Assembly (NCBI GenBank): GCA_947589105.1 | Contig: CANQBL010000004.1 | Coordinates: 898 to 64,897 of the forward strand | Direction: 5' to 3' | DNA from: an uncultured Bacilli bacterium | Lineage (GTDB): Bacteria > Bacillota_I > Bacilli_A > RF39 > UBA660 | Length of the DNA: 64,000 bases | In this document: piece by piece, positions 27,051 through 36,956 of the stretch | How positions within the stretch are numbered: position 1 is the first letter of the stretch | Layout: each line of letters begins with the position of its first letter | The notes under the pieces: model-generated | What the model saw: the letters and a program-made list of their open reading frames with translations, nothing else | What the model was told of the DNA's origin: nothing | The model's database searches: none | Made by a program: the position numbers and the translations under genes

Positions 27051-28243
27051 AAATATATTGTGTGGATAAGGTAATCGGAGCAACTGGGCCTACGGGACCT
27101 ACTGGTCCACAAGGTGTTCCTGGTATAGGAGTTACGATAAAAGGTGCATATGATTCTTTAGATGATTTAGAAAATGTTTATCCAGTTGGAAATCCTGATG
27201 ATGCTTATGTTATAGGTGACGATTTATATATATGGTCTGATAATGAAGATTCTTGGATAGATATTGGAACAATAAGAGGTCCAAAAGGAGAAACTGGATT
27301 ACAAGGCATTCAAGGGCCTCAAGGCCCTCAAGGAGTTCCCGGACCACAAGGGCCTCAAGGAGTACCTGGTGATCAAGGTATTCAAGGACCTGTTGGACCT
27401 CAAGGTCCAAAAGGGGAAACTGGTTCAATTGGCGCAACAGGTCCAGCTGGAACTAGTGTTACTATATTGGGTTCTTACGATGATATTGGAGAATTGGAAA
27501 AAGACCATCAAAAAGGCAACCCAGGAGATTCTTATTTAGTTGGTAATGATTTATATGTTTGGTCTAATGAAGATAGCACGTGGAAAAATGTTGGAACAAT
27601 AAGGGGACCTCAAGGTGTTGCTGGGCCTCAGGGACCAGAAGGACCTCAAGGAGTTCCTGGACCTGTTGGGCCTCAAGGAGAGCGAGGCATTCAAGGACCA
27701 GTTGGACCTCAAGGAGTACCAGGTCCACAAGGACCTCAAGGAATTCCTGGTCCACAAGGGGAATATGATCTTAAAGCAGTTTATATAACAACCTATAATA
27801 ACAACATTCCAACAGGTTATACAATAGCATCAAACAACAGATTACCACTTTCAGCAAAAACATATGATAATGGTAATTTATGCTCTTTAGATTCTACAGA
27901 AAATACCATAACCTTTAACCAAGAAGGTGTATATAAAATAGATTTTGTAGTAAATACGTACCACTCAAATACAAATAGTTTAGCAACTATGGCAGCTGTT
28001 GGGTTTAAAAAAATAAATGAGCCAATAGTGTATGCTGGAGGAAGTTTATGGTATGGACAAAGTGTTTCTTCTCCTATTGTTGGTCAAGGTTTATTTGTAA
28101 TAGGAAAAGCTGGAGAAAAAATGGAATTTGTGAATTTGTCAAAAACTAATTTAACACTAAATACCCCTTTGATAGATGATATATTATCAGATTCATATTT
28201 AGTTAATCCTTTAATAACAATTACTATTTTATATTTAGGTTAA
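27032..28243 (+). CDS. Collagen-like (GXY repeat) BclA-type surface/exosporium protein; 5' end uncertain
   Basis: Three GXY tracts ([10 protein letters not shown]... and similar) are separated by two homologous ~49-aa modules, followed by a ~160-aa C-terminal globular domain. The gene is locally GC-rich. No RBS precedes the possible starts (TTG 27032, GTG 27062). Confidence 0.85.
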   Translation: MEFSNLKIYCVDKVIGATGPTGPTGPQGVPGIGVTIKGAYDSLDDLENVYPVGNPDDAYVIGDDLYIWSDNEDSWIDIGTIRGPKGETGLQGIQGPQGPQGVPGPQGPQGVPGDQGIQGPVGPQGPKGETGSIGATGPAGTSVTILGSYDDIGELEKDHQKGNPGDSYLVGNDLYVWSNEDSTWKNVGTIRGPQGVAGPQGPEGPQGVPGPVGPQGERGIQGPVGPQGVPGPQGPQGIPGPQGEYDLKAVYITTYNNNIPTGYTIASNNRLPLSAKTYDNGNLCSLDSTENTITFNQEGVYKIDFVVNTYHSNTNSLATMAAVGFKKINEPIVYAGGSLWYGQSVSSPIVGQGLFVIGKAGEKMEFVNLSKTNLTLNTPLIDDILSDSYLVNPLITITILYLG

Positions 28244-28293
28244 TAAATTAATTAAGAATATGTTTCATATAAATTATTGAAAGGAATTAAAAT

Positions 28294-29388
28294 ATGAAAA
28301 AAAATAAAGTATGTGTTTATGCAATAAGTAAAAATGAGGAAAAATTTGCTAAACGTTGGTATGAATCAATGAAAGAAGCAGATGAAGTATACGTTTTAGA
28401 TACAGGCTCTACTGATAATACCGTTAATATTTTAAAAAATCTTGGAGCTAAAGTAACCATAAAAGAAATCAATCCCTGGCGTTTTGATGTTGCTAGAAAT
28501 GAGTCTTTATCTTTAGTACCAAAAGATTGTGACATTTGTGTATGTACGGATTTAGATGAAATATTTAATAAAGGGTGGCGAAAAAAATTAGAATCGTTAT
28601 GGAAAAATGGAGTTAATCATATAAGATACAATTATAATTGGAGTCACGATGAAAACGGAAAACCACTAATTAATTTTTATATAGAAAAAATACATTCTAG
28701 AAACGATTTCAAATGGATTCATCCGGTTCATGAAGTTCTAGAATTTAGTGGAGAAAAGCAAATATGGGAAACTACAAATGAAATAACATTAGATCATTTT
28801 CCTGATGATACTAAATCAAGAAGTAGTTACTTACCTCTTTTAGAATTATCTGTAAAAGAAAAACCAAATAACGATAGAAACATGCATTACTTAGGAAGAG
28901 AATACATGTTTTATGGCAGGTGGAATGAAGCTATTGATACATTAATAAAACATCTTTCTTTAAAAAGTGCTACTTGGAAAGATGAAAGATGTGCCTCTAT
29001 GAGGTTCATATCAAGATGTTATAAAAATCTTAAAAGATATGATGAGGCAAAAATGTGGCTTGATAAAGCTATAAACGAAGCTCCTTATTTAAGAGATCCA
29101 TATATGGAAAGAGCGATTCTTGAATATGAATTAAATAATTATAAGGAAGTTAAAAAATACTGTCTTAAAGCTTTAGAAATTAAAAGCCACGCAAAAACCT
29201 ATATAAATGAACCTTTTAGTTGGAATTACACAGTATACGACCTTCTATCAATAAGTTGCTTTTATTTAGATGAACTTAATGAAGCTATTACGTGGTGTAA
29301 TAAAGCCATAGAAATGGAACCTAATAACGAAAGATTATTAAACAATAAGAAAATAATTGAGCAAAAAAGAAAATCTGTTAATAAATAG
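28294..29388 (+). CDS. Family-2 glycosyltransferase fused to TPR repeats
   Basis: VCVYAISKNEEKF...VLDTGSTDNT...CTDLDE (GT-A/DxD), with C-terminal TPR-like HYLGREYMFYGRWNEAI repeats. Confidence 0.75.
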   Translation: MKKNKVCVYAISKNEEKFAKRWYESMKEADEVYVLDTGSTDNTVNILKNLGAKVTIKEINPWRFDVARNESLSLVPKDCDICVCTDLDEIFNKGWRKKLESLWKNGVNHIRYNYNWSHDENGKPLINFYIEKIHSRNDFKWIHPVHEVLEFSGEKQIWETTNEITLDHFPDDTKSRSSYLPLLELSVKEKPNNDRNMHYLGREYMFYGRWNEAIDTLIKHLSLKSATWKDERCASMRFISRCYKNLKRYDEAKMWLDKAINEAPYLRDPYMERAILEYELNNYKEVKKYCLKALEIKSHAKTYINEPFSWNYTVYDLLSISCFYLDELNEAITWCNKAIEMEPNNERLLNNKKIIEQKRKSVNK

Positions 29389-29402
29389 ATTTTCTTTTTT
29401 TA

Positions 29403-30449
29403 TTATAAATACCATAACTTTTTATCATTTTTTCTTACTTCTTTAATTATTCCTCCGCCTAAACACAAATCATCTTTATAAAAAGCACAAACTTGTCCAG
29501 GAGTTACCGATTTTATCCCCTGGGGATAACTAACCAATAAATCTCCATTTTCTAAGTACTTTAAACTTACCATTTCTTCCTTTTGTCTATACCTAAATTT
29601 AGCTGTACAACTAGTAATTTTATTTTCATATAACCAATTAACTTCTTTTAATATACACGAATCTGATATTAAATACTCATTACTATCACCCGTTGCAATA
29701 TATAAAATATTCTTAAATAAATCCTTTCCAACAACAAACATTCTATCAGTTGTTCCACCAATATTTAATCCTCTTCTTTGTCCTATAGTATAATTAAATA
29801 AACCATTATGTTCCCCTATTTTTTTATTATTAGAAATATCAATAATATCTCCTTTTATACCTTTAATATTATTTATAATGAAATTTTTAAAAGCATTATT
29901 TATAAAACAAACATCTGTAGAATCCTTTAAAGAAGCATTATCCATATTATTTTCTAAAGCTATTTTTCTTACTTCACTTTTATCTATACCATCTAATGGA
30001 AACAAAATATTATTAAGTTCTTCCTTTGTAATTTCACACAAAAAATAAGTTTGATCTTTATTTACATCCGCACTTTTATATAAATTACCATTTTCTTTTT
30101 TAGCATAATGTCCCGTAGCCATAAAATCACAATTAAATTTAATCATTTGATCATAAAGAAATTTTAACTTAACGAGTTTATTACATGTCACACAAGGATT
30201 AGGCGTTATACCTTTTTTATAATCATTAATAAATTTATCAATTATCTTTTCTTTAAATTCTTTTCTATAATCTATAATATGATGTTCTATTTCTAACTTC
30301 TTACAAGCTTTAATAGCATTACTACAATCAAAATCATTAGTAAATTTAAAAGTTATACCAATTACTTCATATCCTTGATTTTTAAGTATTATAGCTGCTA
30401 CTGAAGAGTCTACCCCACCAGATATACCAACTACTACTTTTTTGCTCAT
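29403..30449 (-). CDS. mnmA: tRNA-specific 2-thiouridylase MnmA
   Basis: VVVGISGGVDSSVAA PP-loop, catalytic Cys motifs, full-length 348 aa. Confidence 0.9.
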   Translation of the reverse strand: MSKKVVVGISGGVDSSVAAIILKNQGYEVIGITFKFTNDFDCSNAIKACKKLEIEHHIIDYRKEFKEKIIDKFINDYKKGITPNPCVTCNKLVKLKFLYDQMIKFNCDFMATGHYAKKENGNLYKSADVNKDQTYFLCEITKEELNNILFPLDGIDKSEVRKIALENNMDNASLKDSTDVCFINNAFKNFIINNIKGIKGDIIDISNNKKIGEHNGLFNYTIGQRRGLNIGGTTDRMFVVGKDLFKNILYIATGDSNEYLISDSCILKEVNWLYENKITSCTAKFRYRQKEEMVSLKYLENGDLLVSYPQGIKSVTPGQVCAFYKDDLCLGGGIIKEVRKNDKKLWYL

Positions 30450-30563
30450 TTTACCACCTACCTTATCTTTTATACAATTTTATTCATGTTTTTATACTTA
30501 AAATTAACTTCAATTTATATATAAATTATACTATCTTTTTATAAAAAAAGATATATCATCAAA

Positions 30564-31256
30564 CTATACATACTTTAAATATTTAACAATATAATTATCT
30601 TTTTTAGTACTTTTAATTATTCCTATGAACTTATATTTTCCATATTTTCTTATGCTAAAAACATCATTTTCTTTAAGAATATAAGAGTTTTTATTTACCA
30701 CTTCGTAATTAACAATTATTTCTTTATTTTTTATCTTTTCTAAAGCTTTACCTCTAGATGAATTAATGATAGAAGAAACAACGTTATCTATTCTAATACT
30801 AGATATTATAATTTCATGTTCTTCATACTTTCTTTGATAATCTCTTAACGTGTTTAAATTTACTTCTTCTAAGCTAATTTCACTTTTACCAATAATTCTT
30901 AAATTATTTTTTATATAAACTGATAATTCGTCCATAACAAATATATAAAAATTATTATTATATAAAACTATATCTCCAAAATATGATGAATCTATATTTA
31001 AAGCAAATAAGCTTCCTAATATATCTTGATGTCTTATACTTTCAATGGTATTGATTTTAAAAAGTTTAATTTTTGGTATTTTCTTTGTATATAAAATAAC
31101 TTTTTCACTATCTGGATAAGGATAATATATGTTATATTCATTCTTTTTTAATCTTGAAGTCACTAACTTTAACTCTCTTTTATCTAAAAAAGAAGTGTCC
31201 TTTCCAGATTTTATTTTTTCTATTTTATTATTAATTTTATAAATATCAGATTTCAT
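30564..31256 (-). CDS. S4-domain RNA-binding protein (YlmH-like)
   Basis: Size and C-terminal S4-like segment (RIDNVVSSIINSSRGKALEKIKNKEIIVN). ATG 31256 is the better-spaced start. Confidence 0.55.
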   Translation of the reverse strand: MKSDIYKINNKIEKIKSGKDTSFLDKRELKLVTSRLKKNEYNIYYPYPDSEKVILYTKKIPKIKLFKINTIESIRHQDILGSLFALNIDSSYFGDIVLYNNNFYIFVMDELSVYIKNNLRIIGKSEISLEEVNLNTLRDYQRKYEEHEIIISSIRIDNVVSSIINSSRGKALEKIKNKEIIVNYEVVNKNSYILKENDVFSIRKYGKYKFIGIIKSTKKDNYIVKYLKYV

Positions 31257-31295
31257 AAACATCCACCGATATAATTATATCAAAAAACTCGCTTA

Positions 31296-32087
31296 TTAAA
31301 AGCAAGCTTTTCGTCTTTTTATAAAATCTAATATTACTAAAACAATATCTACAAATACTGGTATTACAAATATAAAATATAATATATATAAAATGTATTT
31401 AATCCTAGAATCAACTTTTTTTATTTCATTTATAATAAGCTTTGTTTCTTTATTTTTATTTCCATAAATTACATTTATAATTAAAAAAATTATTGTAACT
31501 ATTAATGGTGTAGAACTACTATTTTCTTCTTCGTTACTATTAATTACCAATTTCTTAGTTGTTTTAATATCATATTTAACAATTTCATTAACTGGCTCTA
31601 TTAAAATAGTTTCAGAAATAGTTTCTCTAGAAATTTCAGAGCCTCCCTCATCAACTATCTTTTTAACAACTACCTGTTTTTCACCATTTTTACCAGATTG
31701 CAACACTTTTTTATTACCAATCGTATTATTTCCTTCGATTTTTGTATCATAATAGATGGTTTCCTTAATAGTTTCTTTTTTTTCGTATCTGCAAGTCCCA
31801 TCTGATGCATTCGCATTAGCATTATAATTTATTGCTCCATTATCCATACACCCATAAACTTGTCTTACGGTTGTTGTTTTAGCTGTAGTACTTCCTCTAG
31901 AATTTGAAGAATATCCTCCGCCACAAGTACAACTTGGACTATAAGTACCATCACGACATACCCAACGCCCATTGCTACAATAAGATTGTCCTCCATGATG
32001 AGAACAACAACCTCTTCCAGCCGATACTGAAGATACTCCTACAAATAAACTAAAAACTACTAATAAAAATATTACTACTTTTTTCAT
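31296..32087 (-). CDS. Secreted Cys-rich protein with a G5 domain and C-terminal TM segments
   Basis: Signal peptide; GRGCCSHHGGQSYCSNGRWVCRDG Cys cluster; G5-like VLQSGKNGEKQVVVKKIVDEGG... Confidence 0.6.
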   Translation of the reverse strand: MKKVVIFLLVVFSLFVGVSSVSAGRGCCSHHGGQSYCSNGRWVCRDGTYSPSCTCGGGYSSNSRGSTTAKTTTVRQVYGCMDNGAINYNANANASDGTCRYEKKETIKETIYYDTKIEGNNTIGNKKVLQSGKNGEKQVVVKKIVDEGGSEISRETISETILIEPVNEIVKYDIKTTKKLVINSNEEENSSSTPLIVTIIFLIINVIYGNKNKETKLIINEIKKVDSRIKYILYILYFIFVIPVFVDIVLVILDFIKRRKACF

Positions 32088-32237
32088 TACACTTTTTTCT
32101 CCCTTAATACAAAAAAGCTAGAACAAACATAAAGTCTGTACTAGCCCTTTAATTAATTTAATTATAACATATAAACGACAAATTTTATCATAAACCAAAT
32201 TAATTTATTAAAGAATTAAAATATTTTATAAACATAA

Positions 32238-33224
32238 TTACGCATTATTTATTAATATAGTTATTAATTCTGAAAAACTAATACCTTCATTTTGCATTAA
32301 TTTAGGAAACATACTAATAGAAGTAAAGCCAGGAATTGTATTTATTTCATTAACATATATTTCATTATTTAATTCATCATAGAAAAAATCTATTCTAGCA
32401 TAACCTTTACAATCTAATCCTGTAAATATTTTTGATGCGTATTCCTTAATTTTATTAACCACCTCTATAGGCAAATCATCAGGTATCGTAGTATAAGTTT
32501 TTTCATTAGCATATTTAGCATCATAATCATAAAACTCATTTGCAGAATTTATTTCTCCAGGTGATGAAATTATTATTTTCCCTTTGCTTTGTAAAACCGC
32601 AATTTCTAATTCCCTTGATTTAATAAATTTTTCAATTAATACTTTATTATCATATTTCTTTGCTTCTTTTATTCCCTTTATTAGTTCTTTTTTAGTACTC
32701 GCCTTACTTATTCCAATTGATGAACCTCCATTAGAAGGCTTAATTATTAAAGGAAAATCAATCTCTCTAAGAATGTTTTCGACCTTATAATCTTCTTTTA
32801 TCATTAGGTATGGAACTTGCGGAATATTTAAACTTTTAAATAACTGCTTGGACATTACTTTATCCATTCCAATACTACTTGCTAAAGTATTACATCCAAC
32901 ATATTTTATATTGAATAAATCTAACATTCCTTGAAGTTTTCCGTCTTCTCCATTGGTACCATGAGTAATCGGAAAAACAACATCAAAGTTTTTAATATAG
33001 CTTACTATATTGTCTATTTCTAATACATTAGCATCTAACCAGTCATGAAAATCTAAATATGATAAATCATCATTAAACTTATACCACTTATTATCATAAG
33101 AAATACCTACTATTTCATATTTAAAATTTTTTTTATCAATATTTTGAATAATACTTTTAGCAGACTTACAAGATATATAATGTTCACTTGAATTTCCACC
33201 AAATAAAATCAATACTTTTTTCAA
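32238..33224 (-). CDS. ddl: D-alanine--D-alanine ligase
   Basis: LILFGGNSSEHYIS, ATP-grasp motifs, EINTIPGFT. Confidence 0.9.
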   Translation of the reverse strand: MKKVLILFGGNSSEHYISCKSAKSIIQNIDKKNFKYEIVGISYDNKWYKFNDDLSYLDFHDWLDANVLEIDNIVSYIKNFDVVFPITHGTNGEDGKLQGMLDLFNIKYVGCNTLASSIGMDKVMSKQLFKSLNIPQVPYLMIKEDYKVENILREIDFPLIIKPSNGGSSIGISKASTKKELIKGIKEAKKYDNKVLIEKFIKSRELEIAVLQSKGKIIISSPGEINSANEFYDYDAKYANEKTYTTIPDDLPIEVVNKIKEYASKIFTGLDCKGYARIDFFYDELNNEIYVNEINTIPGFTSISMFPKLMQNEGISFSELITILINNA

Positions 33225-33580
33225 AAAAACACCTCATTAAAATATATTTTAATGAAATATTTATTATGTATTATATTGGTCCAACTTCAAGTTTAAAAGC
33301 TAAATAAAGTTTAATTAAAAAGTTTTTAAAGATTTAATTTATATTAACTATAAGTTAATATAATATAAAAACCCACAATTTTTGTGAGTTTATTTTTTTA
33401 TGGGCAATAAGAATATGAGTTTTGCACCAATTCATCGCGTTTTGACCTTTAAGTTATTCCTCTAATTTTTAATTCAATTTCTAAATTAAAAATCTTTTTT
33501 TTATATTTCTAATAACTCTTCCAAATTGTTTTGTAGTTAATGAAAACATTTCTTTAACATCTTTTCTTTCTATCCATTCA

Positions 33581-34102
33581 TCATTCATAAAAATTTTCCT
33601 TATTCTTTTTTCCTTCAGAAAGTAGTAATCTTTCAAATAAAGAAGTTTCTAATTGTCTTTTTAATTCTCGTACACTCCAGTTAGAATTTAAACATTCTTT
33701 TTAGTAAAAGTTTCGTTCATCAACATTCTCAATACTTAATAATTCACAATAATGAGACCAACTCAATTTTCCAGACACTGTCTGGAATTTTGGATAAGTT
33801 ATATAAAGTTTACGCATGTTAAATAAATTGCTGACAGAAAACCCTGATCCCAAAATTTTTCTTAATTCCTTAGAAAGTTCTTTCATAATTTGTTTCCCAT
33901 ATTCTGCTTTAATATTACCATTCTGTTCATTTTCAACAATAATTCTTCCAACATTCCAATATGCATATAACATAGTATTATTTACTTCATAAGCTACTTT
34001 TTTTCTACTACTCAAAATAACATCTTTAATTTCTTGAATCATTTCAGCATTATTTTTTTCTAACATTTTAATCCTCCTTTCACGATTGATCAGATTTACC
34101 AA
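33581..34102 (-). pseudogene. DUF1016/YhcG-family nuclease remnant (in-frame stop, C-terminal nuclease domain missing)
   Basis: The N-terminal DUF1016 sequence (SWSHYCELLSIENVDERNFY) is interrupted by an in-frame TAA at 33701-33703. It then continues KECLNSNWSVRELKRQLETSLFERLLLS and ends at 33581. Confidence 0.7.
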
Positions 34103-34420
34103 TTCAAATATAGTTCATCTAATAAATATTTTAACATAAATTACGCACTATTTTAATCTCTTATCTGCAATAAAGTAAATTTTTCTCTATTAAATCTTGC
34201 TCCTTTTTTATTAGGAATTATTTGTAATAAATCATTGCCTTTATTTAAACTTTCTAAATTAATAGAATTAACATTTAAATTATTTTGATTTATTTTCTAA
34301 AATTTCTATGGACACATTCATTATTTATTCTCACCTCCTTTGCAAAAGAAAAAGTCCATAATATCAAGTATTACGAACTTTTACTTATCTTTCGCACAAA
34401 GGTGTGCGTAAAATTCACTA

Positions 34421-34497
34421 TGGGGCGGAGTGTGGGAATCGAACCCACGCATGCTGGTGCCACAAACCAGTGTGTTAACCACTTCACCAACTCCGCC
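34421..34497 (-). tRNA. tRNA-His (anticodon GTG) with G-1 and encoded CCA
   Basis: Manual cloverleaf: 8-bp acceptor GGCGGAGT/ACTCCGCC, anticodon loop TTGTGGC, T-arm GTGGG-TTCGATT-CCCAC, 3' CCA. Confidence 0.9.
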
Positions 34498-34611
34498 ATA
34501 TAATGTATGGCATTTAATAAATGCTAGTAGTATTTTAACAAACATATAAAAGAAAATCAATATATATTTCTTAAAATTATAAAAATAAAATTAATTAATA
34601 ACTAACTTATT

Positions 34612-35808
34612 TTATTCATCTTCTTCATTAAGTAAAGCGGCACTTTTTATAGTATTACTACCATATTTCTTATTAATCTCATCCATTGCCTTTTGAACTT
34701 TATCCCTCTTAGTAGTTTTTCCTATTTCTTCAAATAAGGATATTTGTTCATAAGTTTTATCTGTAAAATCAGTTACCCTTAACCCAACTAACCTTATTGG
34801 TTCACCTTTCCACATATCTTTTAATAACTCACATGCATTATCATATATATCCTCATCTGAAGATATGGGATTAATCAACTTTTTTTGATGAGCATAACTA
34901 AAAAACTCATTATTTTTAAGTTGAACAGAAATAACCGTAGCATATTTTTTTTCGTTTCTAAGCCTTATGCCTACCATACTAGATAGTCTATGCAATACTT
35001 TTTTTAAATCAACCAAATCATATACATCTTCAGGCAATGTAGTTGAATGCCCTATTCCTTTGTTTTTAGGTATAGGTTTTTCAACCGCTGAATTATCAAT
35101 ACCGTTAGCATAATCATGCATTAACTTCCCCATTGATTTAAAATTTTTAATTAACATGTTCACATCACAATGGGCTAAATCATAAATCGTATCAATACCT
35201 ATTTCATGTAGTTTTTTACTTGAACTTTTTCCAACCATAAATAAATCATCAACGGATAAAGGCCACATCTTAGTTTCTATTTCATTATTAAAAAGAGTGT
35301 GCACCTTATCAGGTTTTTCAAAATCACTAGCCATTTTTGCACAAAGTTTAGAATTTGCAACACCAACGTTAACAGTAAATCCAAGAGAATCTTTTATTTC
35401 GTCTTTTATTTTATGGGCTAACAAAACCATGTTTCCAAACATTTTTTCCATTCCTGTCATATCCAAAAAACATTCATCTATGGAATAACGTTCAACTACC
35501 GGACTATATTTACATAATATTTTATAAAAGGCATTAGAATAATCATTATATTTTTGCCTATCAGAGTTTACTATATATAAATTATCTACCTTACGTCTAG
35601 CTAAATAAATAGGGTCTCCAGTTACTATTCCTGCTTTCTTTGCAGGATAACTTTTAGCTAGAACAATCCCTCTTCTTTTTTTTTCATCTCCACCAACTAC
35701 AGAAGGTATCGTTCTTATATCTATCTTACTTCCTTTTTTTAGTAACTCTAATGCTGACCATGATAAAAAGGCATTGTTTACATCAATATGAAAAATAATT
35801 CTTTCCAT
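34612..35808 (-). CDS. dinB: Y-family DNA polymerase IV
   Basis: IFHIDVNNAFLSW and SIDECFLDMTG motifs. ATG 35808 follows a GAGGTG RBS. Confidence 0.85.
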   Translation of the reverse strand: MERIIFHIDVNNAFLSWSALELLKKGSKIDIRTIPSVVGGDEKKRRGIVLAKSYPAKKAGIVTGDPIYLARRKVDNLYIVNSDRQKYNDYSNAFYKILCKYSPVVERYSIDECFLDMTGMEKMFGNMVLLAHKIKDEIKDSLGFTVNVGVANSKLCAKMASDFEKPDKVHTLFNNEIETKMWPLSVDDLFMVGKSSSKKLHEIGIDTIYDLAHCDVNMLIKNFKSMGKLMHDYANGIDNSAVEKPIPKNKGIGHSTTLPEDVYDLVDLKKVLHRLSSMVGIRLRNEKKYATVISVQLKNNEFFSYAHQKKLINPISSDEDIYDNACELLKDMWKGEPIRLVGLRVTDFTDKTYEQISLFEEIGKTTKRDKVQKAMDEINKKYGSNTIKSAALLNEEDE

Positions 35809-35902
35809 AATAATCACCTCTTTTTAATACATATTCATACTATCATACATACATTTGTTTGTAAATTATTTTCTATGATTTAATTAAAAAACCCTTACGG
35901 GT

Positions 35903-36616
35903 TTATTTTTTTAAAGATAAAAATAAAATTATCATTAACAAAATTAACAATAAAATTAAAATAGTAATTAAAATAGAGTTATTTTGTTTTAACTTCTTAG
36001 TTTGTACCCTAACCTTCGTATTTTTTACACTTTCTCTTATTATTTTAAGAACGCTTTCATCACATATATTATTTAAAAGCCGCATGGTTTCCGTTGTAGG
36101 ATTTCCTGGTTCTTTTTCCCTAATTTCCTTATCCGCAAGAATAAACTCAGGGCTCATTATCATAATGTTTTTATCATTATTAAAATTAGTTAATCTTATA
36201 ACGCTACTCTTAGCTACGTTCGAAATTACTTTTGTTTTTAGCCTTACTTCCATTGTATCCTTATTTATACCATACGTTTTTATTGAAAATTTATTATCAA
36301 TAAGAGAATAAGGAAAAAAACCAACGGTTGTATTTTCATACTTTATTTTAAAACCATAATCTTCTTTTGAGTAACTTTTAGAATCAGAAACCACATCAAA
36401 TAAATATTCCTTAGATAATTTTTTTATTTTTTTTCGAATAAGTGCAATCTTCTTTTCTTTAACTAATATGTAAAAATCAGTATGTTGTTCAAAAGATTCT
36501 TTATTTGATATAATATATGGAACAATACTTCCAGACACTAAAATAGAACTAGCTATTTCTTCATCTTGTATTAACGTAATAATAATATCTATTATATCAT
36601 TATAATTACTATTCAT
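35903..36616 (-). CDS. Hypothetical protein with a C-terminal membrane anchor
   Basis: ATG 36616 follows a GGAAGG RBS. C-terminal ILITILILLLILLMIILFL helix. Confidence 0.5.
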   Translation of the reverse strand: MNSNYNDIIDIIITLIQDEEIASSILVSGSIVPYIISNKESFEQHTDFYILVKEKKIALIRKKIKKLSKEYLFDVVSDSKSYSKEDYGFKIKYENTTVGFFPYSLIDNKFSIKTYGINKDTMEVRLKTKVISNVAKSSVIRLTNFNNDKNIMIMSPEFILADKEIREKEPGNPTTETMRLLNNICDESVLKIIRESVKNTKVRVQTKKLKQNNSILITILILLLILLMIILFLSLKK

Positions 36617-36669
36617 ATTAATCCTTCCGTTCTTAAGTATATTTATATCTTTATTATATAATAATCTTT

Positions 36670-36903
36670 TTAAATTGCAATTAAAATTAAAAAAAGAAAC
36701 AAGCAAATAAACGTTATCATGTAATGAAAAATACTTTTAAACTTAATTTCTAATGTATATTCTATTATGCTAGGAATAAAAATAGCACTAATAAGAAGAA
36801 TGGAAAATAATAATTTTAAACTTAAAGTATCAAAATAAAGACTAAACGAATAAAAAAGAATAATAAATTGAATTAAAATATTAAAAATTACATATATTTT
36901 CAT
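36670..36903 (-). CDS. Small hydrophobic membrane protein
   Basis: 77 aa, three hydrophobic segments. Confidence 0.4.
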   Translation of the reverse strand: MKIYVIFNILIQFIILFYSFSLYFDTLSLKLLFSILLISAIFIPSIIEYTLEIKFKSIFHYMITFICLFLFLILIAI

Positions 36904-36956
36904 ATTAATATTATATGAAACATATAAATTATTTTTATATACAAAAATACAAGTTC

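Larger units (their letters stand above)
1..27060. mobile_element. Integrative conjugative element (ICE). The left end is outside the window; the right end is at or just after the serine recombinase stop.
   Basis: Contiguous + strand block encoding VirB6/VirB3/VirB4/VirD4-type T4SS proteins, M23 hydrolase, MobC plus relaxase, SSB, ArdC-like protein and R-M cargo. A large serine recombinase (24963-27050) is terminal. The genes share an AAGGGGG Shine-Dalgarno signature. Confidence 0.8.

Noticed and set aside
27040-27080. Direct-repeat att sites flanking the ICE
   Set aside because: Serine recombinases use a 2-bp crossover and leave no long direct repeats. The left end is also outside the window, so the exact boundary cannot be set from sequence alone.
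27210-27768. Four extra ORFs (27210-27437 -, 27551-27757 -, 27564-27755 -, 27580-27768 +) overlapping the collagen-like gene
   Set aside because: They are artefacts of the GXY repeat: GGN-CCN-rich codons stay open in several frames. They have no RBS and low-complexity L/Q/E or R/S/W products.
34285-34503. 72-aa + strand ORF
   Set aside because: It runs antisense through tRNA-His (34421-34497) and has no RBS, so it is spurious.
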